Below, in pieces: positions 19,634 to 30,014 of a stretch of 64,000 nt of DNA. Source of the stretch: Marinobacter sp. (GTDB lineage: Bacteria; Pseudomonadota; Gammaproteobacteria; Pseudomonadales; Oleiphilaceae). Position numbers and translations under genes: made by a program. Location of the stretch: positions 72,403 through 136,402 of the forward strand of contig NZ_JBDWCL010000017.1 in the NCBI RefSeq assembly GCF_039977835.1. Reading direction: 5' to 3'. A model generated the notes under the pieces. The model ran no database searches, had not been told where the DNA came from, and saw only the letters and a program-made list of their open reading frames with translations. Position 1 is the first letter of the stretch; every line of letters begins with the position of its first letter.

Positions 19634-20996
19634 ACGCCTCGCAAGATTACAGGGTTCCTTTACCGACGAGCTCAGGCCTGAGCTATCCGGGCGGCTGACA
19701 CGCATGGTTGGCCTGACTCTGGAATGTGTGGGCTGCCCCATGGTGGTGGGTGATCGCTGTGTGATTACCGGTCAGGGTACCGGCACTGTTGAAGCGGAAG
19801 TGGTGGGTTTCGAGGATGACCGTGTTTACCTCATGCCACTGACCGCCATTGAAGGGTTGCGCCCCGGCGCCAGGGTGGTGCCGCTGTCGGTGGCCAGCCG
19901 TGTACCGGTGGGCCCGGAGCTGCTGGGGCGGGTGGTGAACGGCAATGGCGAACCGCTTGATGGCAAGGGGCCATTGCAGGCGGAAGCGCGGGTGTCGCTT
20001 AGTGGCGATATCATCAATCCGCTGGACCGGGCTCCGGTTCGCCAGTCCATGGATGTGGGCATACGGGCGATCAATGCATTGATGACGGTGGGGCAGGGGC
20101 AGCGCCTCGGGCTTTTCGCCGGCAGCGGTGTTGGTAAAAGTGTGTTGCTGGGTATGATGACGCGCTTTACCAACGCGGATATCACCGTGGTCGGGCTGAT
20201 CGGAGAGCGTGGCCGCGAGGTTAAAGAGTTTATTGAGGATATCCTGGGGGACGAGGGCCTTGACCGTTCCGTGGTCGTGGCTTCGCCCGCTGATGATTCG
20301 CCGCTGATGCGGCTGCGTGCTGCCATGTTGACCACCCGTATCGCGGAATACTACCGGGACCAGGGCAAGCGGGTGCTGTTACTGATGGACTCGCTCACCC
20401 GATACGCCCAGGCTCAGCGGGAAATTGCTCTGGCCGTTGGTGAACCGCCGGCCACCAAGGGTTATCCCCCGTCGGTCTTCGCCAAGCTGCCGCAATTGGT
20501 GGAGCGAACCGGCAATGGCCGCCCCGGCGGTGGCTCGATAACCGCATTCTATACCGTACTGACGGAAGGCGATGATCAGCAGGACCCCATTGCCGACGCC
20601 GCTCGGGCGATCCTTGATGGCCACATCGTGCTGTCTCGGCGGCTTGCGGAAGAGGGGCACTATCCCGCCATTGATGTCGAGGCCTCTATCAGCCGAGTTA
20701 TGCCCCAGGTGACGGAAACCGAACACTTTTCCCGTGCCCAGCGTTTCAAGCAGGTGTATTCCCGTTACCAGCAGGCACGGGATCTGATCAGTGTGGGTGC
20801 TTATGTGAAAGGGTCCGATCCGGAAACCGATTTCGCCATAACCCATATCGGCAATATGGGGCAGTTCCTGCAACAGGGGCTGAACGAAAGCGCACCCCTC
20901 GACGAAAGCGTCCGGCAATTGCTGGCGGTGGTTCCTGAAAGGCGGTCTGCCGACCGTCCCAAAATGCCACCGGCAGCCACCGGAGGCCCTAGCTGA
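19614..20996 (+). CDS. fliI: Flagellar export ATPase FliI
   Basis: GSGVGKS Walker [21 protein letters not shown]. Confidence 0.97.
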   Translation: MTAHLAERLARLQGSFTDELRPELSGRLTRMVGLTLECVGCPMVVGDRCVITGQGTGTVEAEVVGFEDDRVYLMPLTAIEGLRPGARVVPLSVASRVPVGPELLGRVVNGNGEPLDGKGPLQAEARVSLSGDIINPLDRAPVRQSMDVGIRAINALMTVGQGQRLGLFAGSGVGKSVLLGMMTRFTNADITVVGLIGERGREVKEFIEDILGDEGLDRSVVVASPADDSPLMRLRAAMLTTRIAEYYRDQGKRVLLLMDSLTRYAQAQREIALAVGEPPATKGYPPSVFAKLPQLVERTGNGRPGGGSITAFYTVLTEGDDQQDPIADAARAILDGHIVLSRRLAEEGHYPAIDVEASISRVMPQVTETEHFSRAQRFKQVYSRYQQARDLISVGAYVKGSDPETDFAITHIGNMGQFLQQGLNESAPLDESVRQLLAVVPERRSADRPKMPPAATGGPS

Positions 20997-21436
20997 TGTT
21001 GCGATCCCAGCGGCTGGCAGTGGTGCTGACCCTTGAGGAACGCAAGGAAAAGGCGGCACTGAAGAAAATGGCCGAGGCCCAGAAACATCACGAAGCCCAG
21101 CGCCAGCAGATCGAGAATCTGGAGCGCTACCAGAAGGAATATCGGGACCAGATTCGCAGCAGTCAGCAGGGCGTGGTGTCGGTGGCACGGCTGCAGGGCT
21201 GGCAGGCATTTATTGCCCAGCTGGATCAGGTGATTGGCCAGCAACAGAAACTGCTTGCCCAGGCCGAGGATCGGCTCAGGGTCTGCCGTGAGGAGTGGCA
21301 GAAAGCCTGGGAGCGACGCCGAGGCATGGAAAAATATATTGAAACCTGCCGCCGACAGGAGCAGCGGGAGCAGGATCTGAGGGATCAGAAACTGATGGAC
21401 GAGGCTGCCGGCCGGAATTTCGCCAGGCGACGTTGA
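20996..21436 (+). CDS. fliJ: Flagellar export chaperone FliJ
   Basis: Coiled-coil, EQDLRDQKLMDE, after fliI. Confidence 0.94.
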   Translation: MLRSQRLAVVLTLEERKEKAALKKMAEAQKHHEAQRQQIENLERYQKEYRDQIRSSQQGVVSVARLQGWQAFIAQLDQVIGQQQKLLAQAEDRLRVCREEWQKAWERRRGMEKYIETCRRQEQREQDLRDQKLMDEAAGRNFARRR

Positions 21437-21559
21437 AACGTTTGCTGACGTTGTACCACGGGTGCAAAATCAGTGTGGTGAGCTATCCTTTACCACAAGA
21501 TGCCCCAGAGGCTCACGTTGTTACCTGTAAACAAGCCCGTACATCATGGAGGCACCGGA

Positions 21560-21865
21560 ATGCCGATTCAGACGCATCGCAGTGAGGATGGTCAGACCCT
21601 GACCATAAAAATTGAAGGGCGCTTTGACTTCAGTACCCATCAGGCCTTCCGTGATGCCTATGAACATGGTGACGAAAACGTAACGGCGTTTGTGGTGGAT
21701 CTCTCCGATACGACCTATCTCGACAGCTCTGCTCTGGGCATGTTGTTGTTACTGAGAGACTACGCCGGTGGCGACAGTGCGGAAATTCGCATAGAAAACT
21801 GTAACAGTGATGTGCGTCGAATACTGTCCATATCCAATTTCGAACAGTTGTTTGCGATTCGCTGA
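21560..21865 (+). CDS. hsbA: STAS-domain anti-anti-sigma factor (HsbA-like)
   Basis: IEGRFDF, TYLDSSALGMLL phospho-Ser motif; GGAGG RBS. Confidence 0.85.
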   Translation: MPIQTHRSEDGQTLTIKIEGRFDFSTHQAFRDAYEHGDENVTAFVVDLSDTTYLDSSALGMLLLLRDYAGGDSAEIRIENCNSDVRRILSISNFEQLFAIR

Positions 21866-21897
21866 ACGATCACATCGCAGGGTCGCGGAGGTTCGTT

Positions 21898-23643
21898 GTG
21901 GATGATTCACTCTCAGACAACCGGCCGCTGAGGATTCTGATCGCCGACGACAGCGACAGTGACCGACTGATTCTCAAGACCCTCCTTCGTCGTCTTGGTC
22001 ATGAAGTGGAAGACGCCAGAAACGGCGAGGACGCGGTCGGAATTTTCCGCCACTGTGGAGCGGATATAGTATTGCTGGATGCGCTGATGCCAGTGATGGA
22101 CGGGATGGAAGCCGCTCGTCACATCAAGGCGCTGGCGGGCGAGCGACTGGTGCCACTGATATTTCTGACCTCTCTTTCAGATGCGGATGCGCTTGCCCGC
22201 TGCCTGGAGGCCGGTGGCGATGATTTTCTGACCAAGCCCTATAATCGCATCATCATTGAAGCCAAGATCAATGCATTCAACCGCATGCGGCTGATGCACC
22301 GCACTCTGAGCCAGCAACGCGACCTGATCCGCGATCGTAACCGACAGCTTCTCGAAGAACAGGAAATTGCCAAGCGGGTGTTTGATAACGTCGCCCACAC
22401 CGGCTGCCTCAACGCGACGAATATCCGCTATCACGCCTCGCCCATGTCTATTTTTAACGGCGATGTTCTGTTCGCCTGCCCCCGTCCGGCAGGGGGTATG
22501 CAGATACTGGTTGGCGATTTCACCGGCCATGGCCTGCCGGCAGCCATTGGTGCCATGCCGGTTGCTGAAATTTTCTATGGCATGACCAGCAAGGGGTTCA
22601 GCGGTAGTGATGTGCTACGGGAGATAAATCAGAAGCTCTGCCGGATACTGCCTGTTGGAATGTTTTGCTGCGCCGCAATGATCCAGGCGGATTTTCATCT
22701 TAATCAGTTACAGATATGGAACGGTGGGCTGCCGGATGGCGTTCTCCTGAAGAGGAATGGAAAAAGCGAGACCATCGCCTCCCGACACCTGCCGCTGGGT
22801 GTGCTCGGCACCGCACGTTTTGATGCCCGAATGGAGGTGTTTCGTACGGAGCCGGGGGATACCCTGCTGATGATGACTGATGGTGTATTGGAGGCCGAGA
22901 ACCACCGCGGCGAGATGTATGGCGAGGAGCGCCTGAAGCGCTCGCTGGACGTCGCCGGCAATACCGGCTCACCGTTCGATGCGGTTATGACAGGCATTCA
23001 TGCCTTCACCGGCAAGCAACCGGAACAGGATGATGTCACGCTACTGTCGCTGGAAATGGTCGAGGAATCCGAGCTGGAAGGGGTTTCGGAACGATTGCCT
23101 CAATCGGCACTGGAAGGTCCCGCGGAGTGGCATTGCGTCTACGAGATTCAGGATCGTTCGCTGGGGCAATTCAGCCCGTTGCCGTTGTTGCTTCATATCT
23201 GTATGGAGGTGCCCGGGCTGCGCCGCAAGAGTGGAGAAATCTACACGCTGTTGTCTGAGTTATACACCAATGCCCTGGAGCATGGTGTATTGGGCCTGTC
23301 GTCGGAGTGGAAGGCCACGCCGGATGGCTTTGGCCGTTACTATGCGGAGCGGGAGCTGCGTTTGCAGTCCGTATCAGACCATTTCATCCGGTTTACCCTG
23401 ACCCATACCATGACGGCGCAGGGGGGGCAGCTGACGATTGTCTGTGAAGACAGCGGCAGCGGGTTCGATTACGGTGACGTCTCCGACGCAGGCAACGAAA
23501 GTGGCTATTCCGGGCGAGGGCTGATGCTTTTGCGGAAGCTGGGACATTCTCTCACCTTCCGGGAATATGGTACCCGGGTAGAAATTGTATATGATTGGCA
23601 TTTTTCCGAGGTTGCTGCCCGTGAGGGCAGTACCAACACATAG
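21898..23643 (+). CDS. hsbR: REC-PP2C phosphatase-GHKL kinase fusion (HsbR-like)
   Basis: REC (LLDALMP), SpoIIE motifs (GDFTGHG, TDG, QDDVT), HATPase (ELYTNALEHG, DSGSG, GRGL). Confidence 0.85.
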   Translation: MDDSLSDNRPLRILIADDSDSDRLILKTLLRRLGHEVEDARNGEDAVGIFRHCGADIVLLDALMPVMDGMEAARHIKALAGERLVPLIFLTSLSDADALARCLEAGGDDFLTKPYNRIIIEAKINAFNRMRLMHRTLSQQRDLIRDRNRQLLEEQEIAKRVFDNVAHTGCLNATNIRYHASPMSIFNGDVLFACPRPAGGMQILVGDFTGHGLPAAIGAMPVAEIFYGMTSKGFSGSDVLREINQKLCRILPVGMFCCAAMIQADFHLNQLQIWNGGLPDGVLLKRNGKSETIASRHLPLGVLGTARFDARMEVFRTEPGDTLLMMTDGVLEAENHRGEMYGEERLKRSLDVAGNTGSPFDAVMTGIHAFTGKQPEQDDVTLLSLEMVEESELEGVSERLPQSALEGPAEWHCVYEIQDRSLGQFSPLPLLLHICMEVPGLRRKSGEIYTLLSELYTNALEHGVLGLSSEWKATPDGFGRYYAERELRLQSVSDHFIRFTLTHTMTAQGGQLTIVCEDSGSGFDYGDVSDAGNESGYSGRGLMLLRKLGHSLTFREYGTRVEIVYDWHFSEVAAREGSTNT

Positions 23644-23657
23644 ACAGGGGGTTGGTC

Positions 23658-24002
23658 ATGACGGACAAGCCACACCTTGATCAGGAAGCACTCGCTGAGT
23701 TGCAGGATGTAATGGAAGACGAATTCGACATCCTGATTACCACATACATCAAGGATTCCTCGGATCGTATCGCACACCTGCGGTCGGCTCTGGAACAGAA
23801 AGACGCAGACAGTTTTTCCAAGTCCGCACACAGCTTCAAGGGCAGTTGCATCAATATTGGAGCCCCCAGACTGGGTGAGCTCTGCTCTGAGGCGGAAAAG
23901 GCCGGGCGTGACAATCGCCTGGGGGAAGCTGCGGTTATGGTCGATGCCATAGAAAGCGAATTCGGGCGGGTAGAGGTCACTCTCCGACGGTTTCTGGAGT
24001 AG
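23658..24002 (+). CDS. hptB: Histidine phosphotransfer protein (HptB-like)
   Basis: AHSFKGSCINIGA Hpt motif; third gene of the hsb module. Confidence 0.85.
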   Translation: MTDKPHLDQEALAELQDVMEDEFDILITTYIKDSSDRIAHLRSALEQKDADSFSKSAHSFKGSCINIGAPRLGELCSEAEKAGRDNRLGEAAVMVDAIESEFGRVEVTLRRFLE

Positions 24003-24034
24003 TACAGCGTAAATGGTCTTGCTTCTGCCCCGAA

Positions 24035-24050
24035 TGGCATTGCTTTTGCT
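24035..24050 (+). promoter_or_regulatory. Sigma54 promoter of fliK
   Basis: TGGCAT-TGCTT-TTGCT. Confidence 0.85.
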
Positions 24051-24121
24051 ACCTCTTGCTCAATAGCCCGGTAACGCAGACAAATGCACTCCGATCAGCA
24101 AAAAAGCGGCAAGAGGTTGCC

Positions 24122-25345
24122 ATGTCCCAAATGGTTCTTCCCCAGACATCCCCGAAGGCGCAGCCCGATAACGGCATAAAGCCAGCCTCGGGCGGCCGTG
24201 AGAAAAGCGGTGACAGTGAGTTCGATTCGGTTTCCCGCGCCGAACAGCAGCGGCTCGACAAGAAACAGGCCGAAAAGCGGGAGCAGGCCCGTAATGACGA
24301 ATCGGCCCGCAATGAACAGGTGCGTCAGGACAAAGAGAACAGCACGCGCCCTGACGACCGCCAGGAAGCCGCTTCGGCCAAAGAAACCCCCGCTAAAGAC
24401 ACCAATGCCGGGGAAGAGGCCGGGGAGTCAGCGGTAACGGCTGATGCCGCATCCGGGAATTCCGATAGCAGGCCGCAGCAAGCGGCTGAGGACAACACTC
24501 CGGAAGAAGCCATTCCACTGACGTTTGCCGGCCTTCAGGCTCTGTTGATGCCGGCTGGTAAGGGTGACGGCGGTGCCATGCCTGTGGCAGCCGGGCCCGG
24601 TAACGGCCAGGCCGGTGTTGGTGGCGTGGTTCCGGGCCGGCAGGCCATTGCCGGAATCATGGCCGGCCTGCCTGGGGCGACCGGCAGTAAACCGGGCCAG
24701 GGCAATGGTACCATTGTCGGCGCGGGGGCGGGGCTGACACTGGCCGAGGGGCTGATGTCCGGCTTGACGACTGATGTCGGCCGCACCCAGGAGACGCCGT
24801 TGGTTCAGGGGGCGTTACGCTTTCAGGCGGCAGCAGAACTGGCCACTCAGCAGGCGGCGAATCCCAACAGCGTCAGGCTTCCAGCCGACGCAGCCGCGTT
24901 GCGGGGATACACTACCTCTATCGATGTGCCGGTCAACCACGCGGAATGGGGCGACAAGCTGGTTGGCAAGCTGACCTGGCTGACAGCACGCAACATGTCC
25001 GTTGCTGAAATACATCTGACACCACCGGATATGGGCCCGATGGAAGTGCGGGTCCAGGTTCAGCAGGAACAGGCCAATATAACCGTGCATTCGGCCAATC
25101 CCGCCGTGCGGGATCAGCTGGAACTTCACAGTCACCGCCTCAGGGACATGCTGAATGAGCAGGGGTTGTCCCTCGAGCAGTTCGACGTATCCGACCCTCC
25201 TCAGCAACAGGCTGGGGAAGAGGGCCCCGGTGAACAGGGCGGAAATGGCCGTGGTGCCCTCGCCGACGGGGGCCTGGATGAGCAGGACCTGGAATCGGAA
25301 TCCCTGGATCTGACCTGGAAAGGTGAAGTTGATATCTTCGCCTGA
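24122..25345 (+). CDS. fliK: Hook-length control protein FliK
   Basis: Low-complexity N-region; C-terminal T3S4 domain AEIHLTPPDMGPMEVRV...LRDMLNEQGL; terminal VDIFA. Confidence 0.92.
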   Translation: MSQMVLPQTSPKAQPDNGIKPASGGREKSGDSEFDSVSRAEQQRLDKKQAEKREQARNDESARNEQVRQDKENSTRPDDRQEAASAKETPAKDTNAGEEAGESAVTADAASGNSDSRPQQAAEDNTPEEAIPLTFAGLQALLMPAGKGDGGAMPVAAGPGNGQAGVGGVVPGRQAIAGIMAGLPGATGSKPGQGNGTIVGAGAGLTLAEGLMSGLTTDVGRTQETPLVQGALRFQAAAELATQQAANPNSVRLPADAAALRGYTTSIDVPVNHAEWGDKLVGKLTWLTARNMSVAEIHLTPPDMGPMEVRVQVQQEQANITVHSANPAVRDQLELHSHRLRDMLNEQGLSLEQFDVSDPPQQQAGEEGPGEQGGNGRGALADGGLDEQDLESESLDLTWKGEVDIFA

Positions 25346-25433
25346 CCGGAATGGCTTTCCCCGGTAATTCTTCTTTTGCCCATCCTCCGTCGCAAGGCTA
25401 AACTGCTGTGCGGATGAGGAGGATTGGGCTTTC

Positions 25434-25449
25434 TGGCCCGTCCTTTGCT
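25434..25449 (+). promoter_or_regulatory. Sigma54 promoter of the fliL operon
   Basis: TGGCCC-GTCCT-TTGCT. Confidence 0.8.
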
Positions 25450-25500
25450 TATACCTTCATATAACCTGTCTGGTTGACGGATTTCTGGCAGAAGCACGTT

Positions 25501-26010
25501 ATGGCTGAAGATAAAACGCCCGAAGCGGCGCCGGCGAAGAAAGGCAAACTCAAGCTTATTCTGCTGCTGGTAGTGGTAGTTGTTCTGGCGATAGGGCTCT
25601 CCGTGGTCGGAACAATGTGGTTCCTCAAGGGGGGCATTCCCGGCATTACGGGTGGTGACGAGGAAGAGGTTGCGGAGCAGACCGACGTTTTCGTGCCCAG
25701 CACCTATACCGTGTTGGAGAAGGCGCTGGTCACAACGGTGCAGGCAGAGGGCCGGCAGCGTTACGCTCAGGTCTATCTTGCACTGGAAGCAGACAATCCC
25801 GAGGCTCTGGCCGCCGCCAGCATGCATATGCCATTGTTGCGGAGCCGGCTGATCACAGTGCTCGGGGACAGGAGTTTTGACGAGCTGCAGACGCCGGAAG
25901 GCAGGCAGGCGTTGGCTGATGATATGCTGGCGACCGTTAACGATGCTCTCGAGCAGGAAAGCGAGCCTCCGTTATTGAGGGTGCTTTTCAGGAATTTCGT
26001 CGTTCAATAG
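25501..26010 (+). CDS. fliL: FliL
   Basis: Basic N-terminus plus TM, RYAQVYLAL, VLFRNFVVQ. Confidence 0.93.
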   Translation: MAEDKTPEAAPAKKGKLKLILLLVVVVVLAIGLSVVGTMWFLKGGIPGITGGDEEEVAEQTDVFVPSTYTVLEKALVTTVQAEGRQRYAQVYLALEADNPEALAAASMHMPLLRSRLITVLGDRSFDELQTPEGRQALADDMLATVNDALEQESEPPLLRVLFRNFVVQ

Positions 26011-26093
26011 CGAGTTCGTCAGCGAGTTCATAAAGTCGCTCAACCAATAGCTCAACAGGCCCGGCCAGGGCGGACACAGGGGCAGAGAAACAT

Positions 26094-27095
26094 ATGCAGG
26101 ACCTACTGTCACAGGACGAAATCGACGCGCTTCTCCACGGTGTGGACGATGGCGACATTGATACCTACGACGAGACCGATGAGGCCGGCATCAAGTCCTA
26201 CGACCTGGCCAGCCAGGATCGTATTGTCCGTGGCCGCATGCCCACGCTTGAAATGATCAACGAGCGTTTTGCCCGCTACACCCGTATCAGTCTTTTCAAT
26301 TTGCTGCGCCGTAATGCGGATGTGTCCACCGGTGGCGTTCAGATCATGAAATTCGGCGAATACATCCACACGCTGTATGTGCCTACCAGCCTGAACCTGT
26401 GCAAGGTTCGCCCCCTGCGTGGCACATCTCTGTTTGTGCTGGATGCAAAGCTGGTGTTCAAGCTGGTGGACAATTTCTTTGGTGGTGAAGGCCGCCACGC
26501 CAAGATTGAAGGGCGCGAATTCACGCCGACGGAAACCCGAATCGTGCAGATGGTGCTGGACCAGGTGTTCCATGACATGAAGGAAGCCTGGCACGCGGTT
26601 CTGAAGGTGGATTTCGAATATCTCAGCTCCGAGGTAAATCCAGCCATGGCCAACATTGTCAGCCCCAGCGAAGTGGTGGTGGTCAGCACCTTCCACATTG
26701 AACTGGATGGCGGCGGCGGAGAGCTGCACATGGCGCTGCCGTATTCGATGATTGAGCCTATCCGGGACGTGCTGGACGCGGGTGTGCAGAGTGATATTGA
26801 CGATGTGGACGAACGTTGGGTCAGCGCGCTTCAGGAAGACATCAAGGAAGTTAACGTGCCTGTTAATACAACGGTGTGCCGGCGCCGCATTTCCCTGCGC
26901 GATATCGCCAAGCTGAAAGAAGGCGACATTATTCCGGTGGAAGTTCCCGAATTTCTGACCCTGACTGCTAACGGTATCCCCATCTACAAAGCCACGATGG
27001 GTACCCGGGATGGCAAGCTGGCACTGAGAATCCATGAGCGGGCAACGGTGCCCAAGGTGAAAAAGCAACTGAAGGTGGGACGCAACAATGGCTGA
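26094..27095 (+). CDS. fliM: Motor switch protein FliM
   Basis: LLSQDEIDALL, RGRMPTLE, SpoA domain. Confidence 0.98.
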   Translation: MQDLLSQDEIDALLHGVDDGDIDTYDETDEAGIKSYDLASQDRIVRGRMPTLEMINERFARYTRISLFNLLRRNADVSTGGVQIMKFGEYIHTLYVPTSLNLCKVRPLRGTSLFVLDAKLVFKLVDNFFGGEGRHAKIEGREFTPTETRIVQMVLDQVFHDMKEAWHAVLKVDFEYLSSEVNPAMANIVSPSEVVVVSTFHIELDGGGGELHMALPYSMIEPIRDVLDAGVQSDIDDVDERWVSALQEDIKEVNVPVNTTVCRRRISLRDIAKLKEGDIIPVEVPEFLTLTANGIPIYKATMGTRDGKLALRIHERATVPKVKKQLKVGRNNG

Positions 27096-27597
27096 TGACG
27101 ACAAGAAAGACGAGCAGGAGCTCAGTGAAGACGAGAAGCTCGCTGCCGAGTGGGAATCTGCCATGGAAGAATCTGGCGATGCCGACGACGATGGCCGCGA
27201 GGACGAATGGGCGGCTGCCTTGGCGGAAGCCGGTGAAACAGGGGATGACAGTGGCGACAGCAAGGACCATGTTCGTGCCGCGCCGATGGAGGAGTTTCCG
27301 GAAGGCTCGAATTTCAGCCAGGGCGGCGGCCCGGCACCCGATCTGGACGTTATTCTCGATATTCCCGTCACCATCTCCATGGAAGTGGGCAACACCCAGA
27401 TTCCGATTCGCAACCTGTTGCAGTTGAACCAGGGCTCGGTGATTGAACTGGACCGCCTGGCAGGTGAGCCGCTGGATGTGCTGGTTAACGGCACCCTGAT
27501 TGCCCACGGGGAAGTGGTAATGGTCAACGAAAAATTCGGTATTCGCCTGACAGACGTCATCAGCCCCGGTGAACGCATCAAGCGGTTGCAGAAGTAG
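27088..27597 (+). CDS. fliN: Motor switch protein FliN
   Basis: ILDIPVTISMEVG, GEVVMVNEKFGIRLT. Confidence 0.97.
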   Translation: MADDDKKDEQELSEDEKLAAEWESAMEESGDADDDGREDEWAAALAEAGETGDDSGDSKDHVRAAPMEEFPEGSNFSQGGGPAPDLDVILDIPVTISMEVGNTQIPIRNLLQLNQGSVIELDRLAGEPLDVLVNGTLIAHGEVVMVNEKFGIRLTDVISPGERIKRLQK

Positions 27598-27598
27598 T

Positions 27599-28060
27599 AT
27601 GGCTCTGGCTCGCAAAGGATCTGGCAGCGTTTTCGTGGCGCTACTGGTACCAGCCCTGGTGGTTGCCCAGGAGGCGGCACCCCCTGCGGAGGAAGTGACC
27701 TCCGCTCCTGATACGCTGATTACCATGCTGACGCTTGGAGCCGGCCTGCTGGCGGTGTTGGCGCTTATTTTCGGGTGTGCCTGGATTGTCAGGCGCATGG
27801 GCGGAATGACCGGCGGCAATACCCGGGCCATCAAGGTGGTGTCGGTGATGCCCATGGGCACGCGGGAGCGAATAGCGTTGATCGAAGTTGGGGGCACACA
27901 GATTCTTGTTGGCGTTACCCCGTCGACGATTCGCACACTGCACGTATTTGACGAGCCGGTTGTGAGTGCCGGCGAGCCTGTATCCGGCGACTTTGCCCGT
28001 AAACTCCAGGGCATGATTGGCAAGTCCTGGGGCTCCGGTGCTTCGAAGGACGGTTCCTGA
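27599..28060 (+). CDS. fliO: FliO
   Basis: TM plus [19 protein letters not shown]. Confidence 0.92.
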   Translation: MALARKGSGSVFVALLVPALVVAQEAAPPAEEVTSAPDTLITMLTLGAGLLAVLALIFGCAWIVRRMGGMTGGNTRAIKVVSVMPMGTRERIALIEVGGTQILVGVTPSTIRTLHVFDEPVVSAGEPVSGDFARKLQGMIGKSWGSGASKDGS

Positions 28061-28061
28061 T

Positions 28062-28814
28062 ATGTGGATGCGTCTCCTTGCCTCGCTGGCGCTAGTACTT
28101 TTCGCCACCTGGGCGCCATCGGCGCTGGCGGATATACCGGGAATTCCCGCTTTCACCGTAACGCCGGGCGAAGAAGAGGGCGTACAGGAATACTCGGTAT
28201 CACTGCAGATACTGGCGCTGATGACCGCGCTGACCTTCCTGCCAGCGATGCTGATGATGATGACGTCGTTCACTCGCATCATCGTGGTGTTCGCCATACT
28301 CCGTCAGGCCCTTGGCCTGCAGTCCACGCCGTCTAACCAGATCCTTCTCGGGCTGACACTGTTTCTCACCATCTTCATCATGAAACCGGTGCTGGAAGAG
28401 GTGAACGAGGTGGCACTACAGCCCTACATGGAAGAGGAGTTGAGCTCGCTCGAGGCGGTGGAACAGGCCAGCCAGCCGTTCCGCAAATTCATGCTGGCGC
28501 AGACCCGTGAAAGCGACCTGGGCCTGTTCATGCGAATTGCCGACGAACAGTACGCCACACCGGAGGATGTCTCCTTCTGGGTTCTGTTACCGGCCTTTGT
28601 GACCAGCGAGCTGAAGACCGCCTTCCAGATCGGGTTCATACTGTTCATCCCATTTCTTATTATCGACATGGTGGTCGCCAGTGTGCTGATGGCGATGGGT
28701 ATGATGATGCTGTCACCGATCATCATATCGCTGCCGTTCAAGATCATGCTGTTTGTACTGGTGGATGGCTGGGCCCTGATCATGGGCACCCTGGCCGCCA
28801 GTTACGGGATATAG
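28062..28814 (+). CDS. fliP: Export gate FliP
   Basis: [35 protein letters not shown]. Confidence 0.97.
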   Translation: MWMRLLASLALVLFATWAPSALADIPGIPAFTVTPGEEEGVQEYSVSLQILALMTALTFLPAMLMMMTSFTRIIVVFAILRQALGLQSTPSNQILLGLTLFLTIFIMKPVLEEVNEVALQPYMEEELSSLEAVEQASQPFRKFMLAQTRESDLGLFMRIADEQYATPEDVSFWVLLPAFVTSELKTAFQIGFILFIPFLIIDMVVASVLMAMGMMMLSPIIISLPFKIMLFVLVDGWALIMGTLAASYGI

Positions 28815-28826
28815 GGGAGGGCACCC

Positions 28827-29096
28827 ATGACACCCGAAACCGTTATCGACATACTTCGTGAGGCCCTGTGGATGATTGTCCTGCTGGCGAGCCTGATCAT
28901 CGGCCCTGGCCTGGTGATCGGCCTGGTGGTCAGCACCTTCCAGGCCGCCACCCAGATCAACGAACAGACCCTGAGCTTCCTGCCCCGGCTGCTGATCACG
29001 CTGATCACGATTATCGTTTTCGGCCCCTGGATGCTGACCCAGCTTCTTGATCACGCGGAACGGCTGATTACCAGCATTCCCTACCTGATCGGCTGA
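28827..29096 (+). CDS. fliQ: Export gate FliQ
   Basis: FQAATQINEQTLSFLPR. Confidence 0.98.
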   Translation: MTPETVIDILREALWMIVLLASLIIGPGLVIGLVVSTFQAATQINEQTLSFLPRLLITLITIIVFGPWMLTQLLDHAERLITSIPYLIG

Positions 29097-29103
29097 CCCG
29101 GGC

Positions 29104-29886
29104 ATGCCCACGGAAATATCAACTGACCTGATTAACCAGTGGATTGGCCAGCACCTGTGGCCGCTTTTCCGTTTGGCCAGCTTCATGATGGTCATTCCCT
29201 TCATCGGCACCCAACTGGTGCCGGCACGGGTCCGCCTGGGGCTGGCATTGCTGATTACCATCCTCGTGGTGCCGATGATTCCCCCGGTTCCCCAGATGGA
29301 CGCCTTCAGCGCGGATGCGGTAGTGATCACCCTTCAGCAGATACTGATCGGCGTAGGAATGGGCTTTGCCCTCACAGCACTTTTCCAGCTATTCGTGGTG
29401 GCCGGCCAGATGATCGCCATGCAAATGGGTCTTGGCTTCGCCTCCATGGTGGACCCCGCCAACGGCGTCAATGTACCCGTACTGGCTCAGATCTATACCA
29501 TTACCATCACCTTGCTTTACCTGGCCATGAACGGCCATCTGGTGGCTTTTGAAGTCTTTATCGAAAGCTTCTACACGCTTCCCATTGGCCTGGAAGGGCT
29601 GGGGCAGGCAGGTGTGTGGGAACTGGCCCACCACATAAGCTGGATATTCGTGTCCGCACTGCTACTGGCGTTGCCGGCGGTCACAGCTGTGTTTATCGTC
29701 AACATCTCCTTCGGCGTTATGACCCGCGCAGCCCCACAAATGAATATTTTTGCCCTGGGTTTCCCGATTGGCCTGATTTTTGGATTATTTGCCATATGGG
29801 TACTGCACGCCAATTTTCTGCCGCACTTCGAGCAGTACACCAGAGAGACGTTCGAATTTATGCGTAACCTGCAGGGTCAGCCATAG
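29104..29886 (+). CDS. fliR: Export gate FliR
   Basis: QMGLGFA, RAAPQMNIF. Confidence 0.97.
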   Translation: MPTEISTDLINQWIGQHLWPLFRLASFMMVIPFIGTQLVPARVRLGLALLITILVVPMIPPVPQMDAFSADAVVITLQQILIGVGMGFALTALFQLFVVAGQMIAMQMGLGFASMVDPANGVNVPVLAQIYTITITLLYLAMNGHLVAFEVFIESFYTLPIGLEGLGQAGVWELAHHISWIFVSALLLALPAVTAVFIVNISFGVMTRAAPQMNIFALGFPIGLIFGLFAIWVLHANFLPHFEQYTRETFEFMRNLQGQP

Positions 29887-29911
29887 ATCTGACTCTGGAA
29901 TTCGCAGAGGT

Positions 29912-30014
29912 CGGTGGGGATGGCTATCCAAAACTGTGCGGAGCCATGGATGGCGGAGCTCAAGCGCCACATGGATGTGCCGAAGGAGCGTGTTTTGGAT
30001 AGCCATCCCCACCG
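29912..30014 (+). repeat. Palindromic intergenic element, copy 1 (REP/MITE-like)
   Basis: Perfect 23-bp inverted arms 29912-29934 / 29992-30014 enclosing a 57-bp core shared with copy 2. Confidence 0.93.

Noticed and set aside
25380-25430. Possible c-di-GMP-I riboswitch before fliL (CGCAAGGCTAAAC in an imperfect hairpin)
   Set aside because: Lacks the GGCAAA(C) and GNRA/receptor elements, and lies upstream of the sigma54 promoter; more likely a fliK terminator-like hairpin. An Rfam scan would settle it
26109-27680. 523-aa minus-strand ORF (also 26968-28119)
   Set aside because: Lies antisense to the well-conserved fliM/fliN/fliO; no motifs; typical shadow ORF of GC-rich biased codon usage
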